From Verrucomicrobiota bacterium (lineage in GTDB: Bacteria > Verrucomicrobiota > Verrucomicrobiia > Limisphaerales > CANJSG01), in contig JBBQXJ010000044.1 in NCBI GenBank assembly GCA_038209745.1, forward strand, positions 1 to 36,651: a stretch of DNA of 36,651 nucleotides. Direction: 5' to 3'. The notes under the pieces were generated by a model. It was not told where the DNA came from, made no database searches, and saw nothing but the letters and a program-made list of their open reading frames with translations. The position numbers and the translations under genes are program-made. Shown piece after piece: positions 1-8,726 of this stretch; position 1 is the stretch's first letter, and each line of letters opens with the position of its first letter.

Positions 1-138
1 CCGCTCGGTCAGGGAGAAGAAGGAAAGCTCAGAGGGACGAATGGTTTCGGACACGCGTTCTTGGACGAAAATCCCGCCCTGCTTGCTCAATTTCAACGAC
101 TGTTTCTTTTCTGGAAAATCGAGTTTCTGGAAGTCCCC

Positions 139-180
139 TTAAAGCGAACAACGCCCCGGTTAAAGCGAACAACGCCCCGG
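139..180. repeat. Perfect 21-bp tandem duplication (TTAAAGCGAACAACGCCCCGG x2)
   Basis: Identical units at 139-159 and 160-180, just upstream of the integrase remnant. Confidence 0.95.
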
Positions 181-223
181 TTGATGCGATGACTGGAGCA
201 ATTCACGCGGCGTTTCTGGCCGG

Positions 224-602
224 GTGTTCCCTTCGAAGGAGCTGTCGATGGATCCGGAGACGGGGCTGCAGCGGCGGCATCATCTGCACGAGGCGGGGTT
301 CCAGCGGGTGTTGAAGGCGGCGGCTTTGGCGGTGTTGCCGGGTAGGCGGGCGAGCGCGCCTACGTTGCGACACAGTTTTGCGCCGCATCTGCTGGAGGCG
401 GGCCCGGATATCCGGACGCTGCAGGAGCAGCTGGGGCACGAGGATGTGGCGACGACCCAGATGTTGATTCGCTCGCGCCCGCTCGCTCACCCCTGGCGGG
501 GCTTCTCGCTGCGCTCGAATTCCTATTTCGGTTTCTCAAACCGAAATAGTCACGCAGGTCATGGTGAAACCGGGTCCCGGGGTGAAAAGCCCTTTGGACG
601 GG
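224..602 (+). pseudogene. intI: Integron-integrase (IntI-like tyrosine recombinase) C-terminal remnant, interrupted
   Basis: 224-463 translates [20 protein letters not shown]...[34 protein letters not shown], containing the IntI-specific DP..G..RRHH insertion and the RHSF and LGH motifs. 552-602 resumes in another frame as [17 protein letters not shown], matching the IntI tail YTHV....G..V.SPLD. The N-terminal part and the catalytic Tyr are absent. Confidence 0.85.
465..549. mobile_element. ~85-bp structured insertion (MITE/REP-like) within intI
   Basis: Removing 465-549 restores the integrase frame (ATG TTC ACG CAG GTC ATG). The insert holds a perfect 12-bp inverted repeat (CTATTTCGGTTT 523-534 / AAACCGAAATAG 538-549) and a CCCC-TGGC-GGGG hairpin at 490-501. 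Confidence 0.7.
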
Positions 603-758
603 CGACCGCAAGGGATGTGTCCCGGAAAGGTGGGGCGATGGCTTCCACCGGGCCGCCCGGGCGCGAACTCGGCGGACGAATGAAAGACAGGCGGCGGTGG
701 CGTCTTCGGAGCTTTCCGGAGTTGCCAGAGAAGCTTGCTCGACGACTGCCCGACCCCA

Positions 759-787
759 GGCGGCTCGGCGGGAGCCAGCGCCCTACC
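759..787 (-). repeat. REP-like element (GTAG-type on the minus strand), copy 1
   Basis: GGCGGCTCGGCGGGAGCCAGCGCCCTACC, 25/29 identical to 27748-27776; extragenic, just 3' of the beta-CASP gene. Confidence 0.6.
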
Positions 788-802
788 TTTTGGCGGGCGG
801 GC

Positions 803-2179
803 CTACACTTCCATCATCTGGCCGGGATCGGGCACGAGCACCTTGATCTTGGGGTGCTTGGCGCGGATCTGTTCGGCGAACCAGGCTTTGGCGTCTTCGT
901 CGCCATGGCCAAGGATGACGGTGCGGGGACCGACGGTGTCCACGAAGTCGAGGAGTTCCTCCCGGTTGGCGTGGGCGGTGAGGTCGAAGCTGTCGACTTC
1001 GCAGTTCTTGGTCACTTCGCCGGCGGAAGCGCTGAGGACGAAGGTTTCGCCGTGTTTGGCGGCGCGGAGCTTGCCTCCGGGTGAATCGGGATCGGCGTAG
1101 CCGACGAAGTAGATGGCGTGTTTGTCATCGCCGAGCATGCGGGCGGCGAGTTCGTGGGCAGCGGTCTTCTCGGTCATCATGCCGGAGGTGATGACGAAGA
1201 TGCGTCCACCGCCGAGGCGCATGTCCAAGACCTGCTTGGGATTGAGGACGATGAGGTTGTGGGCCTCGGTCAGCTTCATGTTCGAGTGGTTGCGGTTTAC
1301 CCGATGGGCTTCGAGGTCGTAGATCTCGGTGAAAACTCGGCCAAGCCCGCCGATGTAGACGGGCTGCTTCTGGATCTTGCCCTGGCGCATGAGCAGGGCG
1401 AGGAGGGCGAGGATCTCCTGGGTGCGGCCGAGGGCGAAGGTGGGGAGGAGGACGGAGCCGCGGGCTTCGAGGACACGCTGGATGGACGCGGCGAGGCGTT
1501 CGATTTCCTTTTCTCGGGTGAAGCCTTCGGGGGTGGCCCGTGCGCCGCGGGTGGTCTCCATGATGAGGACGTCGGCTTTGACGTCCTCGAACCGGGCGCC
1601 TCTCAGGATGGTCTGGTCGCGGAAATTGACGTCGCCGGTGAAGAACAGCGTTTCCTTTTGGCCGCGCAACATGATGCCGGAGGAGCCGAGGGCGTGGCCG
1701 GCGTCATAGAACTCCAGCGTGGCGGAGGGCAGGCCGATCTGGGTCTTCTGGAAGCCGGACCATTCGATCTCCCGGTTGTATTTGAAACCCTGGAACACGG
1801 GGGCCAGTTCATCGACCTCGGTGTGGGTGAAGAGCGGGTACTCGGCGATGTCCAGCTCTTCCTTCTGGCGCATCATGACGTTGACGGAGTTGTGCAGCAC
1901 CCTCTCCACGAGGAAGTAGCTGAGCTCCGTCATCAGGACGTTGGCCTTGGGGAAGTATTTCAGGGCGACGGGCAGGGAACCCACGTGGTCATGGTGGCAG
2001 TGGGAGATGGCGATGGCCTCGATGTCTTCGCGGGCGATCGTGTCGTAGAGGGGGAGGCTCTCCTTGCCGTCGCGTTTTGGGTGGGTGCCGGCGTCGAGAA
2101 GGATCCGATTGTCTTCGATGTCCACAAACCAGGAAGTGGCGCCGATTTTTGAGTCCGGATTGAGATTGGCGATTCGCAT
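803..2179 (-). CDS. MBL-fold beta-CASP family metallo-hydrolase (RNA-processing nuclease, CPSF73/Ysh1-like)
   Basis: Motifs ILLDAG, SHCHHDH (HxHxDH), [24 protein letters not shown] and LTAHAN. ATG at 2179 is preferred over the ORF start at 2191. Confidence 0.9.
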   Translation of the reverse strand: MRIANLNPDSKIGATSWFVDIEDNRILLDAGTHPKRDGKESLPLYDTIAREDIEAIAISHCHHDHVGSLPVALKYFPKANVLMTELSYFLVERVLHNSVNVMMRQKEELDIAEYPLFTHTEVDELAPVFQGFKYNREIEWSGFQKTQIGLPSATLEFYDAGHALGSSGIMLRGQKETLFFTGDVNFRDQTILRGARFEDVKADVLIMETTRGARATPEGFTREKEIERLAASIQRVLEARGSVLLPTFALGRTQEILALLALLMRQGKIQKQPVYIGGLGRVFTEIYDLEAHRVNRNHSNMKLTEAHNLIVLNPKQVLDMRLGGGRIFVITSGMMTEKTAAHELAARMLGDDKHAIYFVGYADPDSPGGKLRAAKHGETFVLSASAGEVTKNCEVDSFDLTAHANREELLDFVDTVGPRTVILGHGDEDAKAWFAEQIRAKHPKIKVLVPDPGQMMEV

Positions 2180-2358
2180 GGTGCTTTTCACTGACCGTCA
2201 CTTAAAAGCGTCGGTAAATTATTTTCTTGGGGAGGTTGAACAAAGTTTCGGCGGGGACGTCCATCATTGTGTGGACGCTCCTTATCGGCCGGGTTTATGG
2301 GTTCCCGGTCGTGGCCGCCGATAAGCGGTTCTGGAGGGTTCGTTTGGTTGTTTGGGTG

Positions 2359-2385
2359 GGCGGGTGTCGCAAGGCACCCGCCTTT
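2359..2385. terminator. GC-rich hairpin downstream of the 2406-3146 gene, possible terminator
   Basis: GGCGGGTGTC-GCAA-GGCACCCGCC; there is no good U-tract on the minus strand. Confidence 0.35.
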
Positions 2386-2405
2386 CGCCGTTTATGGGCA
2401 GGACG

Positions 2406-3146
2406 TTACTTCGGGGCCTTCATCGCTTCCATCATCCGGGCCATCATGAGCGACTGGGGTGAATCATACTTGGTAAAGCCGATGGGAGCCTTGAAAAGGG
2501 AGGCTTCGGGCTTTTTGTCCTGAATCGACTTGAAAAGCATGGTCACGGTGGTGCCTTCGAGGGCGGCCTGGAGCTGGACCGGCTGTTTCTTCTCGTTGAT
2601 CCAGGCGAGAACCTCGGAGGTCGCGCCTTTGTCGTCGGTGATCAGCACCTTCTGTTTGGTGCAGTTCTGCCCGTTGATCTTTTCTTTGCCGATGTCGGTG
2701 ATCGCCAGCTTCGTCTCGACTGCGGAGGGGGCCTTGGCGCCGGGCGGGGTGAATTCCACGTAGGACTTGGCGTTGGGATAGACCATCAGGATGGAGGCCG
2801 AATCCTGACGGGTGACGGAGGCGACCTTGTCGAGGCCGGCGGCCTTCAACTGGGCGAGGACGGAGGCGGGAATGGCCGCGCTGCGGATGGCGCCCAGATC
2901 GATGGTGGAGCAGGTTTGGCCGTCGAGGACCGCGAACTCGACGTCCATGGCGATGGTCTGTTCGCCCTTGATGGAGACTTCGGCCTGCGAGGTGAAGGAG
3001 GACTTGCCGAAGAGCTGCATGATCGCCTTGTCGATCGCCGCATTGGCCTTCGAGTCGCCGAGCTGGGCCCGGGCATCGCCCGTGACGAGCGCGAGGAGGA
3101 GGGCGCAGAGAAGTTTGAGGACTCGATTTGATGCAACCTGAGGCAT
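2406..3146 (-). CDS. Exported protein, DUF4412-like
   Basis: Signal peptide ending ARA-Q; GKEKING.NCTK and C-terminal LFKAPIGFTK motifs typical of this family. TAGTCT lies 6 nt before the ATG, suggesting a leaderless mRNA. Confidence 0.7.
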   Translation of the reverse strand: MPQVASNRVLKLLCALLLALVTGDARAQLGDSKANAAIDKAIMQLFGKSSFTSQAEVSIKGEQTIAMDVEFAVLDGQTCSTIDLGAIRSAAIPASVLAQLKAAGLDKVASVTRQDSASILMVYPNAKSYVEFTPPGAKAPSAVETKLAITDIGKEKINGQNCTKQKVLITDDKGATSEVLAWINEKKQPVQLQAALEGTTVTMLFKSIQDKKPEASLFKAPIGFTKYDSPQSLMMARMMEAMKAPK

Positions 3147-3209
3147 GAAGGGAGACTAGGGCCTGTGGAGAATGGGGGCGAGAGGGAAAACGGGGGAGGT
3201 GAGGCGCTG

Positions 3210-3239
3210 GCGTGGACCGAGCGTGGACCGAGCGTGGAC
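3210..3239. repeat. 11-bp tandem repeat (GCGTGGACCGA x2.7) in a divergent promoter region
   Basis: Units at 3210-3220 and 3221-3231, partial unit at 3232-3239. Confidence 0.9.
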
Positions 3240-3359
3240 GGCCCGCTGGTTTTGGTCCCCGGGAGAGCCCCGGATCTGCAACATCTGCGCGCAGAAACAA
3301 ATTGCTCTTGCTGAATCGGAAAAGCTCCCTCCTATATTCCGCTGAATCTGTCCCGATCA

Positions 3360-5300
3360 ATGACTGAACCCAACGCCGCCAACGGCCCGTCCTGGTCCAT
3401 CCAGGACGCCCGCACCCTCTACAACATCGACCGCTGGGGTGCGAAGTATTTCGACATCAACGAGGCTGGTCACGTCGTCGTCAGTCCCCTGCAGGACAAG
3501 GGCGCCTCGGTGGACATCACGGATGTTATCGAGGAGGCCAAGGCCCGGGGACTGCGGTTCCCGCTGTTGATCCGGTTCCAGGACATTCTCCGCCACCGGG
3601 TCGAGGCGTTGAACACGGCGTTCCGCTCGTCCATCGCGGAGTTCAGCTACCAAGGGCAGTATCGCGGAGTCTTCCCGATCAAGGTGAACCAGCTCCGCGA
3701 GGTCGTGGAGGAGATCCTCGACGCCGGCAAACCGTTCAATTTCGGTCTGGAAGTGGGCTCCAAGCCCGAGCTGTTCGCCGGGATGGCGCTGCAGAGCGAG
3801 CCCGGTTCCCTCATCGTCTGCAACGGCTACAAGGATGCCGCCTTCATCAAGCTCGCCCTCCAGGGGATCAAGCTGGGCAAGAAGGTCATCATGGTCGTGG
3901 AGAAGCTGGAGGAGCTCCGGCAGATCATCACCGTATCCAAACAGGTCGGGGTGGAGCCGATGGTCGGCATCCGCGCGCGGCTGTTGAGCAAAGGCGCGGG
4001 CAAGTGGGCGGAGAGCGGTGGCGAGAACGCCAAGTTCGGACTCAGCACGGCGGAGCTCCTGGCGGCGACGGAGATGCTCCGGGCGGAGAAGCTGGAGCAT
4101 TGCTTCAAGCTGCTGCATTTCCACATCGGCTCCCAAGTGCCGGACATCCTCACGGTGAAGAAGGCCGTGCAGGAGGCGGCGCGTTTCTACGCCAAGCTCT
4201 ACAAGATGGGCTTTCCCATCGAGTTTCTCGATGTGGGCGGCGGGTTGGGGGTGGACTACGACGGGTCCCGCAGCGCGTTCGACAGCTCCACGAACTACTC
4301 CTTGCAGGAGTACACGAACGATATTGTCTATTACGTGGCCGACGTTTGCAACGCGGAGAAGGTGAAGCACCCCGACATCATCAGCGAAAGCGGACGCGCC
4401 ATCGTCGCGCACCACAGCGTGTTGATCGTGGAGGTGTTCGGAGCGATCCACAAATCGCCCGAGACGGCGCAGTTCCAATTCGGTGAAAACGAGCACGCGC
4501 TCGTGAAGGAGTTGTTGGACATCCGGAAGAACATCGCCAAGTGGAACAAGCTGGAGGCCTACCACGACGCCTTGGAGCGCAAGGAGGACGCCCACAACAT
4601 GTTCACGCTGGGTCTGATGGAGCTGCCGGAAAAGGCCAAGATCGAGACGCTCTACTGGGAGATCAGCAAGGCGGTCGTGGACAGCTTCAAGGGCCAGGCC
4701 TACATCCCCGAGGAGATCCGCAAGCTGGAGGACAGCCTGGGCGACCAATACCTCTGCAACTTCTCCGTGTTCCAGTCGCTGCTCGACCATTGGGCGCTGG
4801 GCCAGTTGTTCCCGATCATGCCGATCAGCCGGTTGGACGAAAAGCCGACCTGCGAGGGCACTTTGGCGGACATCACCTGCGACTCCGACGGCGCGATCAA
4901 CAAGTTCATCGACCTGCGCGACGTCCGGGACACGTTGCCGATGCACGCCCTGCGCCAGAACGGCGACGGGCAGGAGCAGTATTTCCTCGGGTTTTTCCTC
5001 ATGGGCGCCTACCAGGACATCATGGGCGATCTCCACAACCTCTTCGGCCGCGTGAACGAAGTCCACGTCTTCCTGGAGCCCGACGAGCCCGCCGGCTACT
5101 ACGTAGAGGAAGTGATCGAAGGCAACACCATCAGCCAATGTCTCGGTGCGGTGCAGTATGACGAGAACGAGCTCAAGCGGCAGATGAAGGCCCAGGTGGA
5201 CGCCGCCATCAAGAGCGACCGGCTCAAGCCGAAGGAGGCCATGAGCCTGCTCGACGACTACGAGCGCGGCCTGAAGGAATACACCTACCTCTCCATCTGA
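3360..5300 (+). CDS. speA: Biosynthetic arginine decarboxylase
   Basis: 646 aa; FPIKVNQ (PLP lysine), GLEVGSKPEL, HFHIGSQ, DVGGGLGVDYDG, ESGRA, DITCDSDG, GAYQDIMGDLHNLFG. Confidence 0.97.
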   Translation: MTEPNAANGPSWSIQDARTLYNIDRWGAKYFDINEAGHVVVSPLQDKGASVDITDVIEEAKARGLRFPLLIRFQDILRHRVEALNTAFRSSIAEFSYQGQYRGVFPIKVNQLREVVEEILDAGKPFNFGLEVGSKPELFAGMALQSEPGSLIVCNGYKDAAFIKLALQGIKLGKKVIMVVEKLEELRQIITVSKQVGVEPMVGIRARLLSKGAGKWAESGGENAKFGLSTAELLAATEMLRAEKLEHCFKLLHFHIGSQVPDILTVKKAVQEAARFYAKLYKMGFPIEFLDVGGGLGVDYDGSRSAFDSSTNYSLQEYTNDIVYYVADVCNAEKVKHPDIISESGRAIVAHHSVLIVEVFGAIHKSPETAQFQFGENEHALVKELLDIRKNIAKWNKLEAYHDALERKEDAHNMFTLGLMELPEKAKIETLYWEISKAVVDSFKGQAYIPEEIRKLEDSLGDQYLCNFSVFQSLLDHWALGQLFPIMPISRLDEKPTCEGTLADITCDSDGAINKFIDLRDVRDTLPMHALRQNGDGQEQYFLGFFLMGAYQDIMGDLHNLFGRVNEVHVFLEPDEPAGYYVEEVIEGNTISQCLGAVQYDENELKRQMKAQVDAAIKSDRLKPKEAMSLLDDYERGLKEYTYLSI

Positions 5301-5391
5301 ACGGCCCGTGGAGATGGGGATGGGCCCGATCGGGTGAAGAATTCGTGATGGTATCGGGAAAACCGTGTCTTCCATCCCCCAACACCGCCGC

Positions 5392-6084
5392 ATGTCGTCC
5401 AACGCCCCCCAGACTGAACTGCTCCGTGCCCTTGGCCGGATGGCTCGGGGGCTCTCGGCTCTCTTCTGGGGCGCGCCGCTCGTGCTGCTGTCCTACGTGC
5501 AGACGGCGCGGACCGATCTGTTCCGCCCTCTTGGCTGGATGTCGATCGTCCCGGCGCTGCTCGCGACGGCCTTGGTCTGGAACGGAATCGCGCAGCTGAA
5601 ACACTACCAGCCCCAGGAGCGGATCTGGATCCGGGCTCTGGACCGCGCCCACTTCTTCGCGTTGGTGAACTTCGGGCTGGTCCCGTTTCTCGCCTACTAC
5701 CGGGACCAAGGAGCGACGCCGTTGAACAGCGCCAGCGTGACGCTCCTCGGCGTGTCCAGTCTTGGCCTTCTCTTCGTGCTGAACCTCGTGCTGCTCCGGT
5801 TGACCGCCATGCTGCCGGACGAAGCGCTCCGGCTGGAGGCCCGGCTCTTCACCCGGTTCAACCGTCTGGTGCTCGTGCTGGTTCCAGGATTGCTCGGGAT
5901 GCTGGCGGTCCTACGGCGGGTGCCGTCGATTCCTCCGGCCGTGGCGGGCATGCTGGCCATCCTCGACCAGCTGAGCACATGGCTCACCCTTTTCTTCGTG
6001 CTGCTTCCTTTGTCGATGACCATGGCGCTGACTTGGAAAGTGAAGGAGACGGTTCTGACGTCCATCATCGAAGAGCGCCGGTAG
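5392..6084 (+). CDS. Hypothetical integral membrane protein (about 6 hydrophobic segments)
   Basis: Alternating hydrophobic stretches and coding-like codon usage; ATG at 5392. Confidence 0.75.
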   Translation: MSSNAPQTELLRALGRMARGLSALFWGAPLVLLSYVQTARTDLFRPLGWMSIVPALLATALVWNGIAQLKHYQPQERIWIRALDRAHFFALVNFGLVPFLAYYRDQGATPLNSASVTLLGVSSLGLLFVLNLVLLRLTAMLPDEALRLEARLFTRFNRLVLVLVPGLLGMLAVLRRVPSIPPAVAGMLAILDQLSTWLTLFFVLLPLSMTMALTWKVKETVLTSIIEERR

Positions 6085-6125
6085 GAGGCGGTTCCGGCTG
6101 GTGGCGATCTTGGAGGAGCTCCGGC

Positions 6126-6231
6126 GCGCAGGATGTGCGCGCGGGTAGTGAGCGGGTGCGCAGCGCTTGCGCGGACCGGACCGTTTCCTGAGCGGAAATC
6201 CCCTCTTTTCAAGGTTGGCACGAACAGTGGT
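6126..6231 (+). promoter_or_regulatory. Candidate sigma54 promoter with two upstream dyad sites
   Basis: TGGCACG-AACA-GTGGT at 6216-6231 has a perfect -24 box and a -12 box with GG instead of GC. GCGCA-N5-TGCGC occurs at 6126-6140 and 6158-6172. Confidence 0.5.
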
Positions 6232-6342
6232 TTAGGATTGTTCGTACCCGTTTCGTCCTGTCGGTGGCCCCGGCATTTATCTGTCGCGCCGGGATCGGAC
6301 AACGGAAAGAAATCAACCAATCCAACGACAGGAGAATCTTCC

Positions 6343-6948
6343 ATGAAACTCAATCAATTGCTGATGGTGGGCGGTATTGCCTCCGCGCTGTTACTGAACG
6401 CCGGCTCGGTCTCGGCGCAGAACAACAACAACGGTGCCAACGGTGGCAACGGTGCCAACGGTGCCAACGGCGGCGGACGCCAGGGCCGTGGCAACTTCGA
6501 TCCTGCGCAGATGCAGAAGATGATGATGGATCGCACCCGCGAGCAGCTCGGGTTCACGGAAGACAAGGAATGGGCGGCCGTCGAGCCCCTCGTCAAGAAG
6601 GTCATGGATGCTCGGCGCGAGGCCTCGATGGGTGGAGGTTTCGGCGGTGGGATGGGTCGGCCGCCCGGCGGTCGCGGCGGTCCGCAGGCCGACCAGGCTG
6701 GCGGGCAGGGAGGCCAGGGTGGAGGGCGTCGTGGCGGCTTCGGCGGTGAACCGAGCCCCGAGGCGGTCGCGCTGCAGAAGGCGATCGACGACAACGCCCC
6801 TGCGGCCGACATCAAGGCGGCCTTGGCCAAGTTCGAGGCCGCCAAGAAGGTCAAGGCTGAAGCTCTGGCCAGCGCCCAGGGCGATTTTCGCAAGGTCCTT
6901 ACGGTGAAGCAGGAAGCGCAGGCGACTCTCGCGGGTCTCCTCAACTGA
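6343..6948 (+). CDS. Exported Gly-rich helical protein, Spy/CpxP/ZraP-like (LTXXQ motif)
   Basis: AGGAGA RBS at 6330-6335; signal peptide ending VSA-Q; NGA/NGG repeats; Met-rich helix followed by LGFT; C-terminal VLTVKQ. Confidence 0.7.
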   Translation: MKLNQLLMVGGIASALLLNAGSVSAQNNNNGANGGNGANGANGGGRQGRGNFDPAQMQKMMMDRTREQLGFTEDKEWAAVEPLVKKVMDARREASMGGGFGGGMGRPPGGRGGPQADQAGGQGGQGGGRRGGFGGEPSPEAVALQKAIDDNAPAADIKAALAKFEAAKKVKAEALASAQGDFRKVLTVKQEAQATLAGLLN

Positions 6949-6978
6949 TCGCCCACAGCCAAGCCAACGACGTTTAAC

Positions 6979-8721
6979 ATGGTTGAAACGCCCGTCCAGG
7001 ATCCGTCCTTGAAACCGCTGCTGGAACGCATGGTTGCGTCCCGGCAGCTGTCTTCCATCGATGCCGAGGCGTTGTTGACCGAGGCCGTTCCGGTGCGGAC
7101 CGAGGAGGACATCCTCCGCTGGCTCGCCCAGGAATACGGCCTCGGTTTCACGTCCCTGGACGACGTGGAGCCCGATCGTCACATCCTCTCGCTCTTCCCC
7201 GCGCGCATCCTGCTGAAGGCGGAGCTTCTCCCCATTCGGCGGGTGGACGGCGCGGTGGAAATCGCGACCAGCCGACTGTTCGCCACCCAGGGTCTTGATG
7301 CGCTCAAGACCCTGACCGGTCTCACGTTGAAGCCGGTTCTCGCCACGGGTGAAGCCATCCAGCGCGAGATGAAGAAGCGGCTCGGCGTCGGTGCCGACAC
7401 CATCGGCACGCTCGACGAGGAGAAGGCCATCCAGATCGTCGACGAGAACGCCGAGGACAACAACCTCGACGCCGGGGAAGAGGACGAGGCGTCCATCATC
7501 CGCTTCGTCAACCAGGTCTTGAAGGACGCCATCGACCTGCGCGCCTCCGACATCCACCTCGAACCGTTCGAGGACGAATTTCGCATCCGGTATCGTATCG
7601 ACGGCGAATTGCAGGAAATCCCGGTGCCGCCGCAGCTGAAGCAGTTCCAGCCGGCGATCGTGTCCCGCGTCAAGATCCTCAGCCATCTGAACATCGCCGA
7701 GAAACGCCTGCCGCAGGACGGTCGCATCAAGGTCCGGATCGACGCGTCCGACGTGGACATCCGCGTCTCCATCATTCCGATGTTGCACGGCGAAGCGGTG
7801 GTCATGCGTCTGCTTCGGCAGAATTCGACCCTGCGCGGATTGGGCGAGATCGGCATGGGCCAGCGCGAGCTGGACTGTTTCCGGCGCGTGCTCCGGATGC
7901 CCCACGGCATCATTCTCGTGACCGGCCCGACCGGCAGCGGCAAGACTTCCACGCTCTACACCGCGCTGAACGAGATCAACGACGCCGTCCGCAAGATCAT
8001 CACCATCGAGGACCCGGTCGAATACCAGCTCAAGGGCGTCAACCAGATCCAGGTCTCCGAAAAGGCGGGACTGACCTTTGCCCGGGGACTGCGCTCCATT
8101 CTCCGGCATGATCCGGACGTGGTGCTCATCGGCGAAATCCGCGACCAGGAGACGGCGCAGATCGCCGTCCAGGCGTCGCTCACCGGTCACCTGGTCTTCT
8201 CCACGCTGCACACCAACGACGCGCCCGGCGCGCTCACCCGCTTGGTGGACATGGGAGTGGAACCCTATCTTGTGGCGTCTTCCTTGGAGGCCGTCCTCGC
8301 CCAGCGTCTCGTTCGTCTGCTCTGCGAACACTGCAAGAAAGCGGACCGTTCCCCGACCGCCGAAGCCTTCAAGGCCAAGCTCGGCATCCCCAAAGAAGCG
8401 ACCCTCTACCACGAGGTCGGTTGTCGCGAATGCCGCAATACCGGCTTCTTTGGCCGTCGTGCCATCTTCGAGTGGATGGACACCGACGAGGAGATCCGGA
8501 AGCTGATCCTCAACAACGCGTCGTCCGACCAGATCCGGGACGCCGCGCGTCGCGGCGGCATGAAGACGTTGGCCGAAGACGGTTGGCGCATCGTCGGCAT
8601 GGGCCTGACCACCGTGGAAGAAGTGCTCAGCGTGACCACCGCGAAGGAAGTCGCACGGGCCTCCGCCGAAGAGAACAACCAGACACCGTCGGCGGCCGCC
8701 ATCGCGGTCAGTCGGACCTGA
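6979..8721 (+). CDS. gspE: Type II secretion ATPase GspE/PulE
   Basis: ASDIHLEP, RLPQDGR, Walker A GPTGSGKTST, TIEDPVEY, LRHDPDVVLIGEIRD, STLHTNDA and two CxxC motifs. Confidence 0.95.
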   Translation: MVETPVQDPSLKPLLERMVASRQLSSIDAEALLTEAVPVRTEEDILRWLAQEYGLGFTSLDDVEPDRHILSLFPARILLKAELLPIRRVDGAVEIATSRLFATQGLDALKTLTGLTLKPVLATGEAIQREMKKRLGVGADTIGTLDEEKAIQIVDENAEDNNLDAGEEDEASIIRFVNQVLKDAIDLRASDIHLEPFEDEFRIRYRIDGELQEIPVPPQLKQFQPAIVSRVKILSHLNIAEKRLPQDGRIKVRIDASDVDIRVSIIPMLHGEAVVMRLLRQNSTLRGLGEIGMGQRELDCFRRVLRMPHGIILVTGPTGSGKTSTLYTALNEINDAVRKIITIEDPVEYQLKGVNQIQVSEKAGLTFARGLRSILRHDPDVVLIGEIRDQETAQIAVQASLTGHLVFSTLHTNDAPGALTRLVDMGVEPYLVASSLEAVLAQRLVRLLCEHCKKADRSPTAEAFKAKLGIPKEATLYHEVGCRECRNTGFFGRRAIFEWMDTDEEIRKLILNNASSDQIRDAARRGGMKTLAEDGWRIVGMGLTTVEEVLSVTTAKEVARASAEENNQTPSAAAIAVSRT

Positions 8722-8726
8722 AGCCG

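Noticed and set aside
1..800. attI/attC sites of an active integron
   Set aside because: I could not find a convincing RYYYAAC...GTTRRRY pair with a matching imperfect palindrome by eye.
224..1084. 286-aa ORF as a functional integrase
   Set aside because: Only the first ~80 codons are IntI-like. The rest is readthrough into the insert and the antisense of the beta-CASP gene, and the catalytic Tyr and N-terminus are missing.
2281..2325. 9-bp inverted repeat CTTATCGGC/GCCGATAAG
   Set aside because: It may be a decayed REP doublet, but it is too short and has no second copy in the window.
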